A DNA stretch of 34,442 bases from a virus: the UHGV virus genome UHGV-0123328, one strand, 5' to 3'. Positions 7,831 through 15,993 of this stretch are shown here, piece after piece. Under the pieces are notes generated by a model. It had not been told where the DNA came from. It saw only the letters and a program-made list of their open reading frames with translations, and ran no database searches. Each line of letters begins with the position of its first letter. Position 1 is the first letter of the stretch. A program made the position numbers and the translations under genes.

Positions 7831-7910
7831 CAGGGAAATTTTCAGAAACGGCGAGGAACGTATTCATGAGCCGACGGGAAACGGCCAGGATTTTTTCGGG
7901 AAACGGCGGG
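7831..7910 (+). repeat. Iteron-like direct repeat array 2 (four copies; same family and orientation as 4175-4309)
   Basis: cagggaaatt, cagaaacggcgagg, cgggaaacggccagg, cgggaaacggcggg. Extended match GGATTTT(TT)C(A/G)GGGAAACGG shared with array 1. Confidence 0.7.
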
Positions 7911-8335
7911 GGTCGCCTTTATGTAGAAAACTGAGCGGGAGAAACCCGGAATCGCGCCAGAAATTGCGTAGCGGCGCTGGGGTATCGCTGGTGGGGGTTT
8001 CAGCCCCTGGGCCATCCAGATAGCTTTCGCTATGTGATTATGTGAATCCGTGGGTAAATCACTGTAAGCGCGTACACGTTGCCCAACGTGGCAATCATAT
8101 GCGAGCGGACACAGAACAACACAAAATGCCGATCCGCGCCGACAATTAAACGCGGATCACATAGCAAGAATAAAAGCCAATGATTAACCATACACCATAA
8201 CGCAATATAACGCGATTTAAGCGCGTTAATGCGCTAAGTAATGGGTATGTACTGGTAAGGATATAAAAGCGCGTCTATGGCGTTATTTTGGCGCTTATTT
8301 TTATGTTGTTGGAGTGAGTTAAAGACAATAAAAAA

Positions 8336-8401
8336 GCGCCATCATTGGCGCGTTATGGTGGGAGTATTGGAAACGAAAAAAGCGCCCACAGTGGGCGCTC
8401 G
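8336..8401. terminator. Pair of GC-rich hairpins (GCGCCA-tcat-TGGCGC and AGCGCCCA-ca-TGGGCGCT) flanked by A and T runs; likely bidirectional terminators
   Basis: Perfect stems with AAAAAA 5' and, for the second, TTTTATTT 3'. Same family as the hairpin at 8653-8669. Confidence 0.55.
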
Positions 8402-8404
8402 ATT

Positions 8405-8635
8405 TTATTTATGTAAACTGATTTCAAATCCCATTTCTACAAACGCTTTTAACATTAAAAATATATCAGCGTCATTCACGTCTGCTTTTTTTCGCTCCTG
8501 GTCGCTCAATAAGTCAATTTTGCGCGTCGTTTCATCGATAAACTCGACTGCGCGCCCAGCGTAACCAGCGATCCCAGCGATGCGATTAACAAAATATTCA
8601 TTGCGCACGTTAACGCCAGCGATAAGAATAAACAT
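8405..8635 (-). CDS. Hypothetical small protein (76 aa)
   Basis: AAGGAG Shine-Dalgarno 6 nt upstream of the ATG; bracketed by GC-rich hairpins. Confidence 0.5.
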   Translation of the reverse strand: MFILIAGVNVRNEYFVNRIAGIAGYAGRAVEFIDETTRKIDLLSDQERKKADVNDADIFLMLKAFVEMGFEISLHK

Positions 8636-8682
8636 GATTAAGCTCCTTAAAAGCGCCCATAGTGGGCGCCAGATTCCATTAA

Positions 8683-9333
8683 TTACGCTTTGAAAGCATC
8701 AGCCAGATAGTTATAGAAATCATTTTTAATAAAGCGATATTGCTGAGTGCCAGCTTTGGCGCTCCCAGCTCCTTTGACTTTTTCAACAAGTCCCAGACGT
8801 TCGCAAAGATTGATAAGCTGGTTGGCTTGAGTGTATCCTGCGTCTAATTTTATTTCGTTGGCTTTTTTCGCTTCATTCATTAAATCGAAAACAGCGCCAT
8901 TTGTGAACGTCTCGATCTCGTCGTTAATCATATCGATTAATGCGAATACACGAGATCCGGACATATCAGCGACGGAATAAACACACTTTCCAGCTTTAAT
9001 GGATTTAACCAGATAAACCAGTTTTTCCAGAGAATAACTGTTAGTCATTGCATCACGGAAAAAAACTTCTGGCGCTTGTTTGCTTGCTTTGATCGCATAG
9101 TAGAAAACAGAGCATAATTTTTCGTCTTCTACAGCGTTTACAACGTTGTTGATGAAGTAAGCAAGTTTAGTGGTCGCAGCTTGCATATTTGCTTTGTCTG
9201 CTTTAGTGTGCGTACCATTTTTATAATGTTCGTTATATGTTTGAGTTGCCAGATCTGCTTTTTCGCGCAGTTCATCGGATACAATGGAAGCAGCTTCAAT
9301 GATGGATTTTTTAGAAATGATAATGTTAGTCAT
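8683..9333 (-). CDS. Hypothetical protein (216 aa), AT-rich moron-like gene
   Basis: Clean ORF of about 40% GC with its own upstream intergenic region (9334-9570); hairpin 8653-8669 immediately downstream. Confidence 0.6.
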   Translation of the reverse strand: MTNIIISKKSIIEAASIVSDELREKADLATQTYNEHYKNGTHTKADKANMQAATTKLAYFINNVVNAVEDEKLCSVFYYAIKASKQAPEVFFRDAMTNSYSLEKLVYLVKSIKAGKCVYSVADMSGSRVFALIDMINDEIETFTNGAVFDLMNEAKKANEIKLDAGYTQANQLINLCERLGLVEKVKGAGSAKAGTQQYRFIKNDFYNYLADAFKA

Positions 9334-9567
9334 GATTTCAATCCTTAGTATAAAATTTAATTGTCGTTAGCTATTTCGCTTTCGATGAGTCCAATTATCG
9401 ATATTAGAAAAAAGATTGCAAGCGTTTTTTTAAAATTTTTTGCAGGGATGAAAGTCCTAGAAATAAAAGCGAGATCGTCGAAGGTGTTCCCTAAATAAAT
9501 AATCGATTCCGGCTTTTGACCTTATATATTTATACGGGGGAGAATTGAAAGGGTATTAAATGAATGG

Positions 9568-9601
9568 CATGTAAAATAATAACCGGACTTAGCCGGTTAT
9601 T
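9568..9601 (-). terminator. Rho-independent terminator for the 173-aa gene
   Basis: TAACCGG-acttag-CCGGTTA with a T-run following on the minus strand. Confidence 0.65.
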
Positions 9602-9614
9602 ACCCTTATAGAAA

Positions 9615-10136
9615 TTAAAACGGAAGGATTCGTTCAACCCAATCGAAGAAAATAAGAATTTTTCTGCCGTCTTTCAACTTAAGTGTGACTAGGCAGGCAT
9701 CAACGCCATCTGACGTTCCCTCAATTTCGCGGCCGTCTGCCATGTAGACCCTTATAGATTGGCCGTTTTGATAAGCCTTGCGACATATCTTAAAAAAATC
9801 ACGACGTGATGGCTGGTTGTCTACATAGTCAGGGTGTATTGTTAGTCTCCCTTTGAAATCGTAATCAATGCCATCAATTACGCCTGATTCAATTGTGCTA
9901 ATGCGCTCAAGTGGGAGCCTTATACGATTTTCTTTGTCAAATGGAGTTGGACAAAGGTCAACTTTGTTACGAGATGACATGAGACCATAAACGTACATGC
10001 AAAACACTTGGCCGTCTTCGAGAGTGACTCTTACAGGAAATTTAGCCCCCCGCCAGAAGAGCAAGGTGCGTTCAGCATGTTCGTAGTCTCGCGGCCATAC
10101 TTCAGCCGGTATGCCGTAGGTGATGTCTTTAACCAT
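9615..10136 (-). CDS. Hypothetical protein (173 aa) with an internally repeated (R)VxLxDG motif
   Basis: ORF with its own terminator. Motifs VRVTLEDGQ, IRVYMADGR and VTLKLKDGR suggest repeated small beta-rich units. Confidence 0.6.
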   Translation of the reverse strand: MVKDITYGIPAEVWPRDYEHAERTLLFWRGAKFPVRVTLEDGQVFCMYVYGLMSSRNKVDLCPTPFDKENRIRLPLERISTIESGVIDGIDYDFKGRLTIHPDYVDNQPSRRDFFKICRKAYQNGQSIRVYMADGREIEGTSDGVDACLVTLKLKDGRKILIFFDWVERILPF

Positions 10137-10238
10137 AGTCTACCTTTTTAAGTCTTTTTTGGTCATTATATACATCTCTATGATGCGTAGACAGACTAAC
10201 CGTACATTCCACCAAAAATTGATTATGGAATAAGTTTC

Positions 10239-11039
10239 ATGAAGAATGGGATGAATAAAAAATACTCATTAGCATTGTTAATAGCGGCTTTACTATTAAC
10301 AGGTTGTGATTCTGATGAAGAGCGAGCCATAAATCTAGTTGAAAAGGATATTCGCTCTACACTGCTAGATCCTGATGCTGGTCGGTTCACGAATATGCGA
10401 GCTATTCAGTTAGGTGAAAATAGCTATTCATATATGGTATGTGGAGAGGTGAATGGCAAAAACGTCTTGAACGCCTATACAGGTGCGACCGCATTCAATG
10501 CACACATCTTTGATGTTCGTGAACGTAACCCGATTGTATTCGTTACAATGGATAAAAGTACCAACTCGGCAAGAGAACGATTACGTTTTGAACGCCAAAA
10601 TCTAGCATGTAAAGAAAATGGTGTGAAACTTTATCTGGAAAACGAATCTAAAATCAGGAAGGAAAAAGAGAAAATAGATGATTTAAAAAAAACTCCATTA
10701 GGTCAGGCTGTGTTTGATGCTGCAAGTGACTCGACATATGTGAGTAGAGAGTTGGGCGAATCGAGAGGTGTTAGTGAAGTGTATGCAAGAGAAAATGATA
10801 AATATGCCCTTGTTAGCGTCACCAATTATGACACTCCTGACTTTTACAAATTTAGGAAAAAAGACAACGGTGAATTAGAACCTGTTAGAGGGCTGTCTTA
10901 TACCGGCTATCCATTCGCAGTTGCGCTGTGCCATTCTGAACAAACAGATTATGACAAATGCATAACAGAAGAAGAAATCAGGTTGCTTCGAGACGAAAAG
11001 AATAAGCTCGACGATTTTGTCGTACCACCAGAAGAATAA
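10239..11039 (+). CDS. Predicted lipoprotein (266 aa; alternative start ATG 10251)
   Basis: N-terminal signal peptide ending in the lipobox LLTGC; Lys/Glu-rich C-terminal region. Transcribed divergently from the 173-aa gene. Confidence 0.65.
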   Translation: MKNGMNKKYSLALLIAALLLTGCDSDEERAINLVEKDIRSTLLDPDAGRFTNMRAIQLGENSYSYMVCGEVNGKNVLNAYTGATAFNAHIFDVRERNPIVFVTMDKSTNSARERLRFERQNLACKENGVKLYLENESKIRKEKEKIDDLKKTPLGQAVFDAASDSTYVSRELGESRGVSEVYARENDKYALVSVTNYDTPDFYKFRKKDNGELEPVRGLSYTGYPFAVALCHSEQTDYDKCITEEEIRLLRDEKNKLDDFVVPPEE

Positions 11040-11097
11040 CATATACAAAATATTTAATTGCTGTAAAATTTAATCGTTCAGACATAGGGAAAGCCCG

Positions 11098-11140
11098 ACG
11101 CCCTCGACAAATCTTTTTGGTATCGTCGAGGGCGTGTTTC
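11098..11140 (+). terminator. Stem-loop (11-bp perfect stem ACGCCCTCGAC / GTCGAGGGCGT, 16-nt loop) after the lipoprotein gene
   Basis: Perfect inverted repeat followed by GTTTC; weak T-run. Confidence 0.4.
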
Positions 11141-11427
11141 AGATATGCATCCTATTGAACTCTTCAGATTTATAGGTAGATAGCGTTAATTGGCGTTTTT
11201 GTTCTTCTCTTTTTTGCAAATTTCATCACATGCAATATCATCTACTATATTTCTTAGGTCACACGTTTTTATAAATTGTCGCATATATCCTCCGAATTTC
11301 TTCGGAGACGAAGCCTACAAATATCATTCAGCCTATCAAGATCTTTTTTTTTCAGCCGAAGGTATATACATTCAAAAATGTGATGAGTGTCACATGCAGG
11401 TGCTCTCATACACCTGCATGTAGACTA

Positions 11428-11994
11428 TTAATCATTCAATAATCTATATTTTCTTTTGATTAAATCTTCACCTTTTTTGGTGAACACAAAACCAAATTGC
11501 GATTTTTTGTTCAGCCTAAGGACTCTGTTATCCAACGCATCGGTTGATGGAATCAATGTTTGATCATCTATCCAATTAAGTAGCGTAAGAAAGTTCAGCA
11601 GCCTCAACGTTGTTGTGCGAAGCTCTTTCGATATATTTTCAATGCTGGCAATTCGTCTTTCTTTTTTCTCAGGTGGTACAGATAATTGTTCTTGAGGTTT
11701 CGTGGATAGATAATCAATTTCGTTTGCAGCATCGAATGATATGTGTGGCGTTATTTTGCTAAAAAAGCCTTTCGCTGACTCACTTGATAATAAACCAGAC
11801 CTATTCATATCGTTTGTTATTCTGTACAGGAGTGGACTGTGTTTCATTTCAGGATAACGTTGATAAAAGTTAAGCAATTCAAAAGCAGCATTAGCGCCAA
11901 CAAGAAAATCAGAAGGATCGCTGACTTTCCAGAAAGAATGATTTTTCTTAGCGCCAGTGGTGTCAACAAATGATAATTCTTTTAACCAACTCAT
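11428..11994 (-). CDS. Hypothetical protein (188 aa from ATG 11994; ORF track start 12027)
   Basis: Last gene of the minus-strand helicase operon. AAAGGAG Shine-Dalgarno before ATG 11994. Inverted repeat CATGCAGGTG-N8-CACCTGCATG (about 11394-11421) downstream. Confidence 0.6.
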   Translation of the reverse strand: MSWLKELSFVDTTGAKKNHSFWKVSDPSDFLVGANAAFELLNFYQRYPEMKHSPLLYRITNDMNRSGLLSSESAKGFFSKITPHISFDAANEIDYLSTKPQEQLSVPPEKKERRIASIENISKELRTTTLRLLNFLTLLNWIDDQTLIPSTDALDNRVLRLNKKSQFGFVFTKKGEDLIKRKYRLLND

Positions 11995-12027
11995 GATGTG
12001 CTCCTTTCTAACAAGTGAGCACATCAT
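11993..12027 (-). promoter_or_regulatory. Perfect 11-bp inverted repeat (ATGATGTGCTC / GAGCACATCAT) enclosing the ribosome-binding site and start codon of the 188-aa gene
   Basis: On the mRNA strand: AUGAUGUGCUC-acuuguuagaaag-GAGCACAUCAU-G. The Shine-Dalgarno sits in the loop/stem junction and the AUG at the 3' end of the stem. Confidence 0.5.
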
Positions 12028-12059
12028 AGAATTAGTAGATAGGGGGTAAATATGAAATG

Positions 12060-12338
12060 TTACGGCAACCTGCTCAGTATTTCCTCTAAATCTTTTTTTG
12101 TCATATTGGAGTTTTCATAGATGCGCATGATTTTCTCACGCGTCTTAGCGGAAACCCCAACAGCAGATGTGACTTTGTCAAATTCAGCCATAGTCATCGT
12201 CTCCAGAATGGCATTGATAACTTCAGCCTTAGACATCTTGATTTTTTTCTCTTTGAGTTTTATTTGAAATTTTCCAAGTTTTTCATTGGCCTTATCAGAC
12301 AATGCCACTTGGCAATAAGTTGTTTTCTTTTCGCTCAT
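12060..12338 (-). CDS. Hypothetical small protein (92 aa), Lys/Glu-rich
   Basis: ORF starting 3 nt after the helicase stop (translational coupling). Confidence 0.55.
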   Translation of the reverse strand: MSEKKTTYCQVALSDKANEKLGKFQIKLKEKKIKMSKAEVINAILETMTMAEFDKVTSAVGVSAKTREKIMRIYENSNMTKKDLEEILSRLP

Positions 12339-12340
12339 AA

Positions 12341-13900
12341 CTAATCTCGTTTCAGAACTCCAAAATCGAATGCGCCATCAATAGGCAATACACCTTCTGC
12401 AAAGCCAGGTGTGGTGTCGATGATGTGTTTTCGCTCATAAGAGTGAGACAACAGGTATTTGTTGCTAATGTCAATGAAATCAGTGATAAAACACACGTTT
12501 GCCTGATTCTTCTTGGCTCGTAAGCCACGACCGACACGCTGTCTCATTTCAACTTCTGCTTTCCCACCACCAGCAAGAATGACCGCACCAACGCTTGGCA
12601 CATCAACACCAACATCCAGAATAGTCGAGCCTATTAAAACATCTATTTCACCAGACGCTAAACTGTTCAGCTTTGCTTGCCTTGTCGACTGGTTCGATTC
12701 CCCATAAATGAAGTCAACTCTAAGGCCGGACTCTTTCATCATTTCCATCAGGATTTGCCCGTGGCGTTTAAGACGAACCAGAGTCATACAATTGAGAGAA
12801 TGTTGCTTATAGAGCAATGCTTCGCGAACAATGGCCTCATTACGTCCCAAATTATACACGATCCCCAACTGATAAGCCTTTTGGTAGGCTGTGCTCATAC
12901 CTACTCTAAAATTGAGGTGTTTGTTGGCAAGTTCCGCCTTTATTCTGACCTCGTCTGGCTTGTAGGCAACTTTATGATAAAGGAAGTACGGTTTTGCCAG
13001 AATGCCTCGATCAATCAGGTACTTTTCTGTGACTTTGATTTCAATTCGCCCAGCCACAGCCATCAGACGCATGTTGGCTTCTGTAGAATCCTTCATGAAC
13101 GGCGTGGCCGTAAGTGCCAGACGATAGTCTGCGTTCACACATAATCTGGCAATGTCATAGAAATTAGAACCTGAAGACTCATGCGCCTCTTCCAGAATAA
13201 GCAGAGACACACTTGAAAGGAAGCGTTTCACCAAGTCCCGACGTTTGAGGTGGTAGCTCTTCTTATCTGGAGTTGCATCGCGTGGTGGTTCTTCAAGGAA
13301 ACTTGCCAGAGTTTGAACTGTAGCGACGTTGATATGTCGTGATACCTGGAACTCACCAGAGCCAATGACTCCAACCTTTTGGTCTTTTAACCACGGTTCG
13401 CCATTTTCGGCGCGGTAGTCGATGGATCTCTGGAAGTTTTCGGCCATTTGAAACATCAGAACAGAGCGGGTTGTTAAAAATAATGTCATTCGACCGATAC
13501 GTGCAGCTGCTTTGCAGGCAACATTAGATTTCCCGCCACCAGTAGCGATCTGCGCAATCATCATTCCCTCTCGAACCAGTGTTTCCACAGTCTGATCCTG
13601 ATACGCATAATCAGGATTGTATGGGAATGGGTTAACCGCCGGATTTGGTTTACCAAGCGCCGGGGCTTTGTCTTTGCGGATATGAACACATTTGATGCCC
13701 GCCTTGTTCAAGTTCGCCGCTACAGGCTTGGCAAAGCCAGCAGGGAACGAGTTTTTACTCCAGTTGAACATCGTGCTTGTGCCCTTCCAGTCGCCAGTCT
13801 CGACTTCGTAGCTCAACATCTGTTGCACCATTTGCTTTACCTTGTCATCTGCGCCAGAAATAAGCGCATTAACTGCGTTAGATACAATCCGAACAGTCAT
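12341..13900 (-). CDS. Superfamily 2 DEAD/DEAH-box helicase (519 aa), probable phage replication/recombination helicase
   Basis: Motif I ATGGGKS, motif II LILEEAHE, motif III LTATP and motif VI QRVGRGLR. AAGGAAAGAGG Shine-Dalgarno before the ATG at 13900. Confidence 0.8.
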   Translation of the reverse strand: MTVRIVSNAVNALISGADDKVKQMVQQMLSYEVETGDWKGTSTMFNWSKNSFPAGFAKPVAANLNKAGIKCVHIRKDKAPALGKPNPAVNPFPYNPDYAYQDQTVETLVREGMMIAQIATGGGKSNVACKAAARIGRMTLFLTTRSVLMFQMAENFQRSIDYRAENGEPWLKDQKVGVIGSGEFQVSRHINVATVQTLASFLEEPPRDATPDKKSYHLKRRDLVKRFLSSVSLLILEEAHESSGSNFYDIARLCVNADYRLALTATPFMKDSTEANMRLMAVAGRIEIKVTEKYLIDRGILAKPYFLYHKVAYKPDEVRIKAELANKHLNFRVGMSTAYQKAYQLGIVYNLGRNEAIVREALLYKQHSLNCMTLVRLKRHGQILMEMMKESGLRVDFIYGESNQSTRQAKLNSLASGEIDVLIGSTILDVGVDVPSVGAVILAGGGKAEVEMRQRVGRGLRAKKNQANVCFITDFIDISNKYLLSHSYERKHIIDTTPGFAEGVLPIDGAFDFGVLKRD

Positions 13901-13982
13901 AAACCTCTTTCCTTAGTGCCTTTTGTATGTTATTTGGCTATTATAATAAGTAAGTGATTACTTAGTGGATTGTAGCAATAAA

Positions 13983-14663
13983 ATGGATGTAAAAATCACG
14001 ATTTTGCAGGTTGATGTTGCCAACCTTCGCCCGAATACCTGGAACACCAATTCGGTTGGTGCGCAGAATTTTGAAAAACTGAAAGGTTCTATCGAAAAAT
14101 TGGGCTTTTTTAAGCCAATTTTGGCTCGTGAACTTGAAGATGGATTTTTTGAAATCCTCGGCGGCGAACATCGCTGGCGTGCTGCTATTGAGCAAGGAAT
14201 TTCAACGGTTCCGGTGCTTTCTGTGGGCAAAATTAGCGATGTCGTAGCTAAACAGATGTCACTGGTGGACAACGAGCGATACGGTGAAGACGACCAAATC
14301 GCATTGCAACGCTTCATTGAAGAAATTCAGTCAGAACTTGACTATCAACTGTCTGAAATCGCCCCGTATGACGACGAAATCTCGATGGTTTTAGCAAAAG
14401 AGGCGGCAATCGACCTTGAAGCACTGGAGGCGTTGTCTCGTGGTAGTGATGAGCCTGTCGATACCGACAAACGAGAGAAAACCGAACGTGTCGGTGCGGA
14501 ACATCAGACCATGCGCTTCAAAGTAACTTTCGATGCGTCAGATCGCGTTGCAGAAACCATAAAAAACATCATCAAAGACCAGGCAATTAATACTGGCAAT
14601 GAAATGGAAAACGCTGGTGAGGCTCTGGTGTGGCTGGTCGACTACTACAAGGAGCGTATGTAA
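13983..14663 (+). CDS. ParB/Srx N-terminal-domain protein 1 (227 aa from ATG 13983; ORF track starts at GTG 13965)
   Basis: ParB-like N-terminal signature region (…FEILGGEHRWRAAIEQGISTVPV…); acidic C-terminal half. Confidence 0.65.
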   Translation: MDVKITILQVDVANLRPNTWNTNSVGAQNFEKLKGSIEKLGFFKPILARELEDGFFEILGGEHRWRAAIEQGISTVPVLSVGKISDVVAKQMSLVDNERYGEDDQIALQRFIEEIQSELDYQLSEIAPYDDEISMVLAKEAAIDLEALEALSRGSDEPVDTDKREKTERVGAEHQTMRFKVTFDASDRVAETIKNIIKDQAINTGNEMENAGEALVWLVDYYKERM

Positions 14664-15331
14664 TGACCAAAAAGTTTGAAATCGTATATCGCGACCCGGC
14701 AGATCTTATTCCCTATGAGATGAATGCCAAAAAGCATGATGAACAGCAGATCCGAGATCTGGCCGCAGCCATTAAAAAGCGCGGATTTGACCAGCCAATT
14801 ACGGTCGATAAGAACGACGTAATTATTACTGGCCACGGCCGCCGTGAGGCTGCAATTTTTGCTGGACTTGAGCGCGTACCGGTTATTGTTCGCGATGATC
14901 TCAGTGATGACGAGGTTCGTGCGAAGCGCCTTGAAGATAACCGACTTGCCAGCATTGATTACGATGCAATTAAGCTACAGAAAGAGCTTGAGTCGCTTGT
15001 TCTGGACGATATCGAGGTTTTCGGCTTCGAAGAGCGTGAGTTGAATGTTCTCGTTGGCAGTATGACAGAAGAAATGGACACCGACTCGCTAGTTATCGAT
15101 CTTGGCGAAGAAACTAAACGACAGAAGGATGAACACACCGAGATCAGTCGTGAAGTTGCAGCGGAAGAAGTACGTGTTGTCGACGTATTGGGCTTTAAAA
15201 CGCTCCCTGCTGGCTCTGCCATTGTTGTTGGTGATTTGCTTGCCCATATGGAAGAAATGACGGGAGAAAGCGGGGTAGACGCATTTGTGGCATATGCGGA
15301 GAAGATCTCTTCCGGGGAGATGGCTGCATGA
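14663..15331 (+). CDS. ParB/Srx N-terminal-domain protein 2 (222 aa; ORF track start 14630)
   Basis: …ITGHGRREAAIFAGLERVPVIV… ParB-like motif. ATG overlaps the upstream stop (TAATG), with AAGGAG Shine-Dalgarno. Confidence 0.65.
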   Translation: MTKKFEIVYRDPADLIPYEMNAKKHDEQQIRDLAAAIKKRGFDQPITVDKNDVIITGHGRREAAIFAGLERVPVIVRDDLSDDEVRAKRLEDNRLASIDYDAIKLQKELESLVLDDIEVFGFEERELNVLVGSMTEEMDTDSLVIDLGEETKRQKDEHTEISREVAAEEVRVVDVLGFKTLPAGSAIVVGDLLAHMEEMTGESGVDAFVAYAEKISSGEMAA

Positions 15332-15993
15332 GCAAATACATCATCAACGTATCGTTTCAGACACGCGTAAATAAAACCACGCGCACGTTGGAAATCGCTG
15401 AGTCGTTCGGGCTTGGCCTGGACGAAAAAGAGTGGACGCTTTACGACAATCTGGAGCTGGAAGTGAAGCAGGGCGATGTGGTGTACATCACCGGCCAATC
15501 CGGTTCCGGCAAATCCGTTGTGCTGCGCGAGTTGCAACGACAGATGAAGGATGAAGGGCTGTCTGTAGCCTCCATCGATGATTTTACCTTCGATAATGAG
15601 GTTAACGTCATCGATCAGTTGGGCAAAACGACCAGTGATGCGCTTGGGTTGTTATCTATGGCTGGTCTGAACGATGCATATCTGTTTGTTCGCAAGCCTT
15701 CTGAAATGTCAGACGGCCAGAAATATCGTCTCAAGATTGCCAAACTGATTGAGTCAGGCGCTAAAGTATGGGCTGCTGACGAGTTCGGCGCTGTTCTCGA
15801 CCGTGTAACCGCTCAGGTTGTGGCGTCTAACCTCCAGCGTGCCGCTCGAAAGGTTGGTGCGACGGTAATGGTGGCGACGACTCACGAAGACCTGAAGAAC
15901 GCGCTGCGCCCTGATATGCAGATCACCAAGCACTACAAAGAACGCGTGAAGGTGGAATATCACAATGGTAGTCATGATGAGGTCCATTCATGA
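15328..15993 (+). CDS. Minimal ABC-type ATPase (221 aa, nucleotide-binding domain only)
   Basis: Walker A GQSGSGKS, ABC signature-like MSDGQKYRL, Walker B VWAADEF and H-loop ATTHE in canonical order. Start overlaps the upstream stop (ATGA). Confidence 0.7.
   Translation: MSKYIINVSFQTRVNKTTRTLEIAESFGLGLDEKEWTLYDNLELEVKQGDVVYITGQSGSGKSVVLRELQRQMKDEGLSVASIDDFTFDNEVNVIDQLGKTTSDALGLLSMAGLNDAYLFVRKPSEMSDGQKYRLKIAKLIESGAKVWAADEFGAVLDRVTAQVVASNLQRAARKVGATVMVATTHEDLKNALRPDMQITKHYKERVKVEYHNGSHDEVHS

Noticed and set aside
8277-8564. Plus-strand ORF (95 aa) overlapping the GC-rich hairpins and the 76-aa minus-strand gene
   Set aside because: It runs through two terminator-like hairpins and is antisense to a gene with a strong ribosome-binding site.
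9615-10136. Assignment of the 173-aa protein to a specific Rho-modulator-like (Rof/YaeO-type) family
   Set aside because: The resemblance rests on my imperfect recollection of a short sequence and on the internal (R)VxLxDG repeats. It is too weak to assert without a profile search, so only the internal repeat is reported.
11190-11423. Plus-strand ORF (77 aa) between the lipoprotein terminator and the end of the helicase operon
   Set aside because: It sits in a hairpin-rich intergenic region (inverted repeats at about 11276-11302 and 11394-11421), has no ribosome-binding site and a hydrophobic low-complexity translation.
14713-15537. Minus-strand ORFs (80 and 192 aa) antisense to the ParB-like / ATPase operon
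   Set aside because: They overlap tightly coupled plus-strand genes that carry clear motifs. Ser/Arg-rich low-complexity translations.
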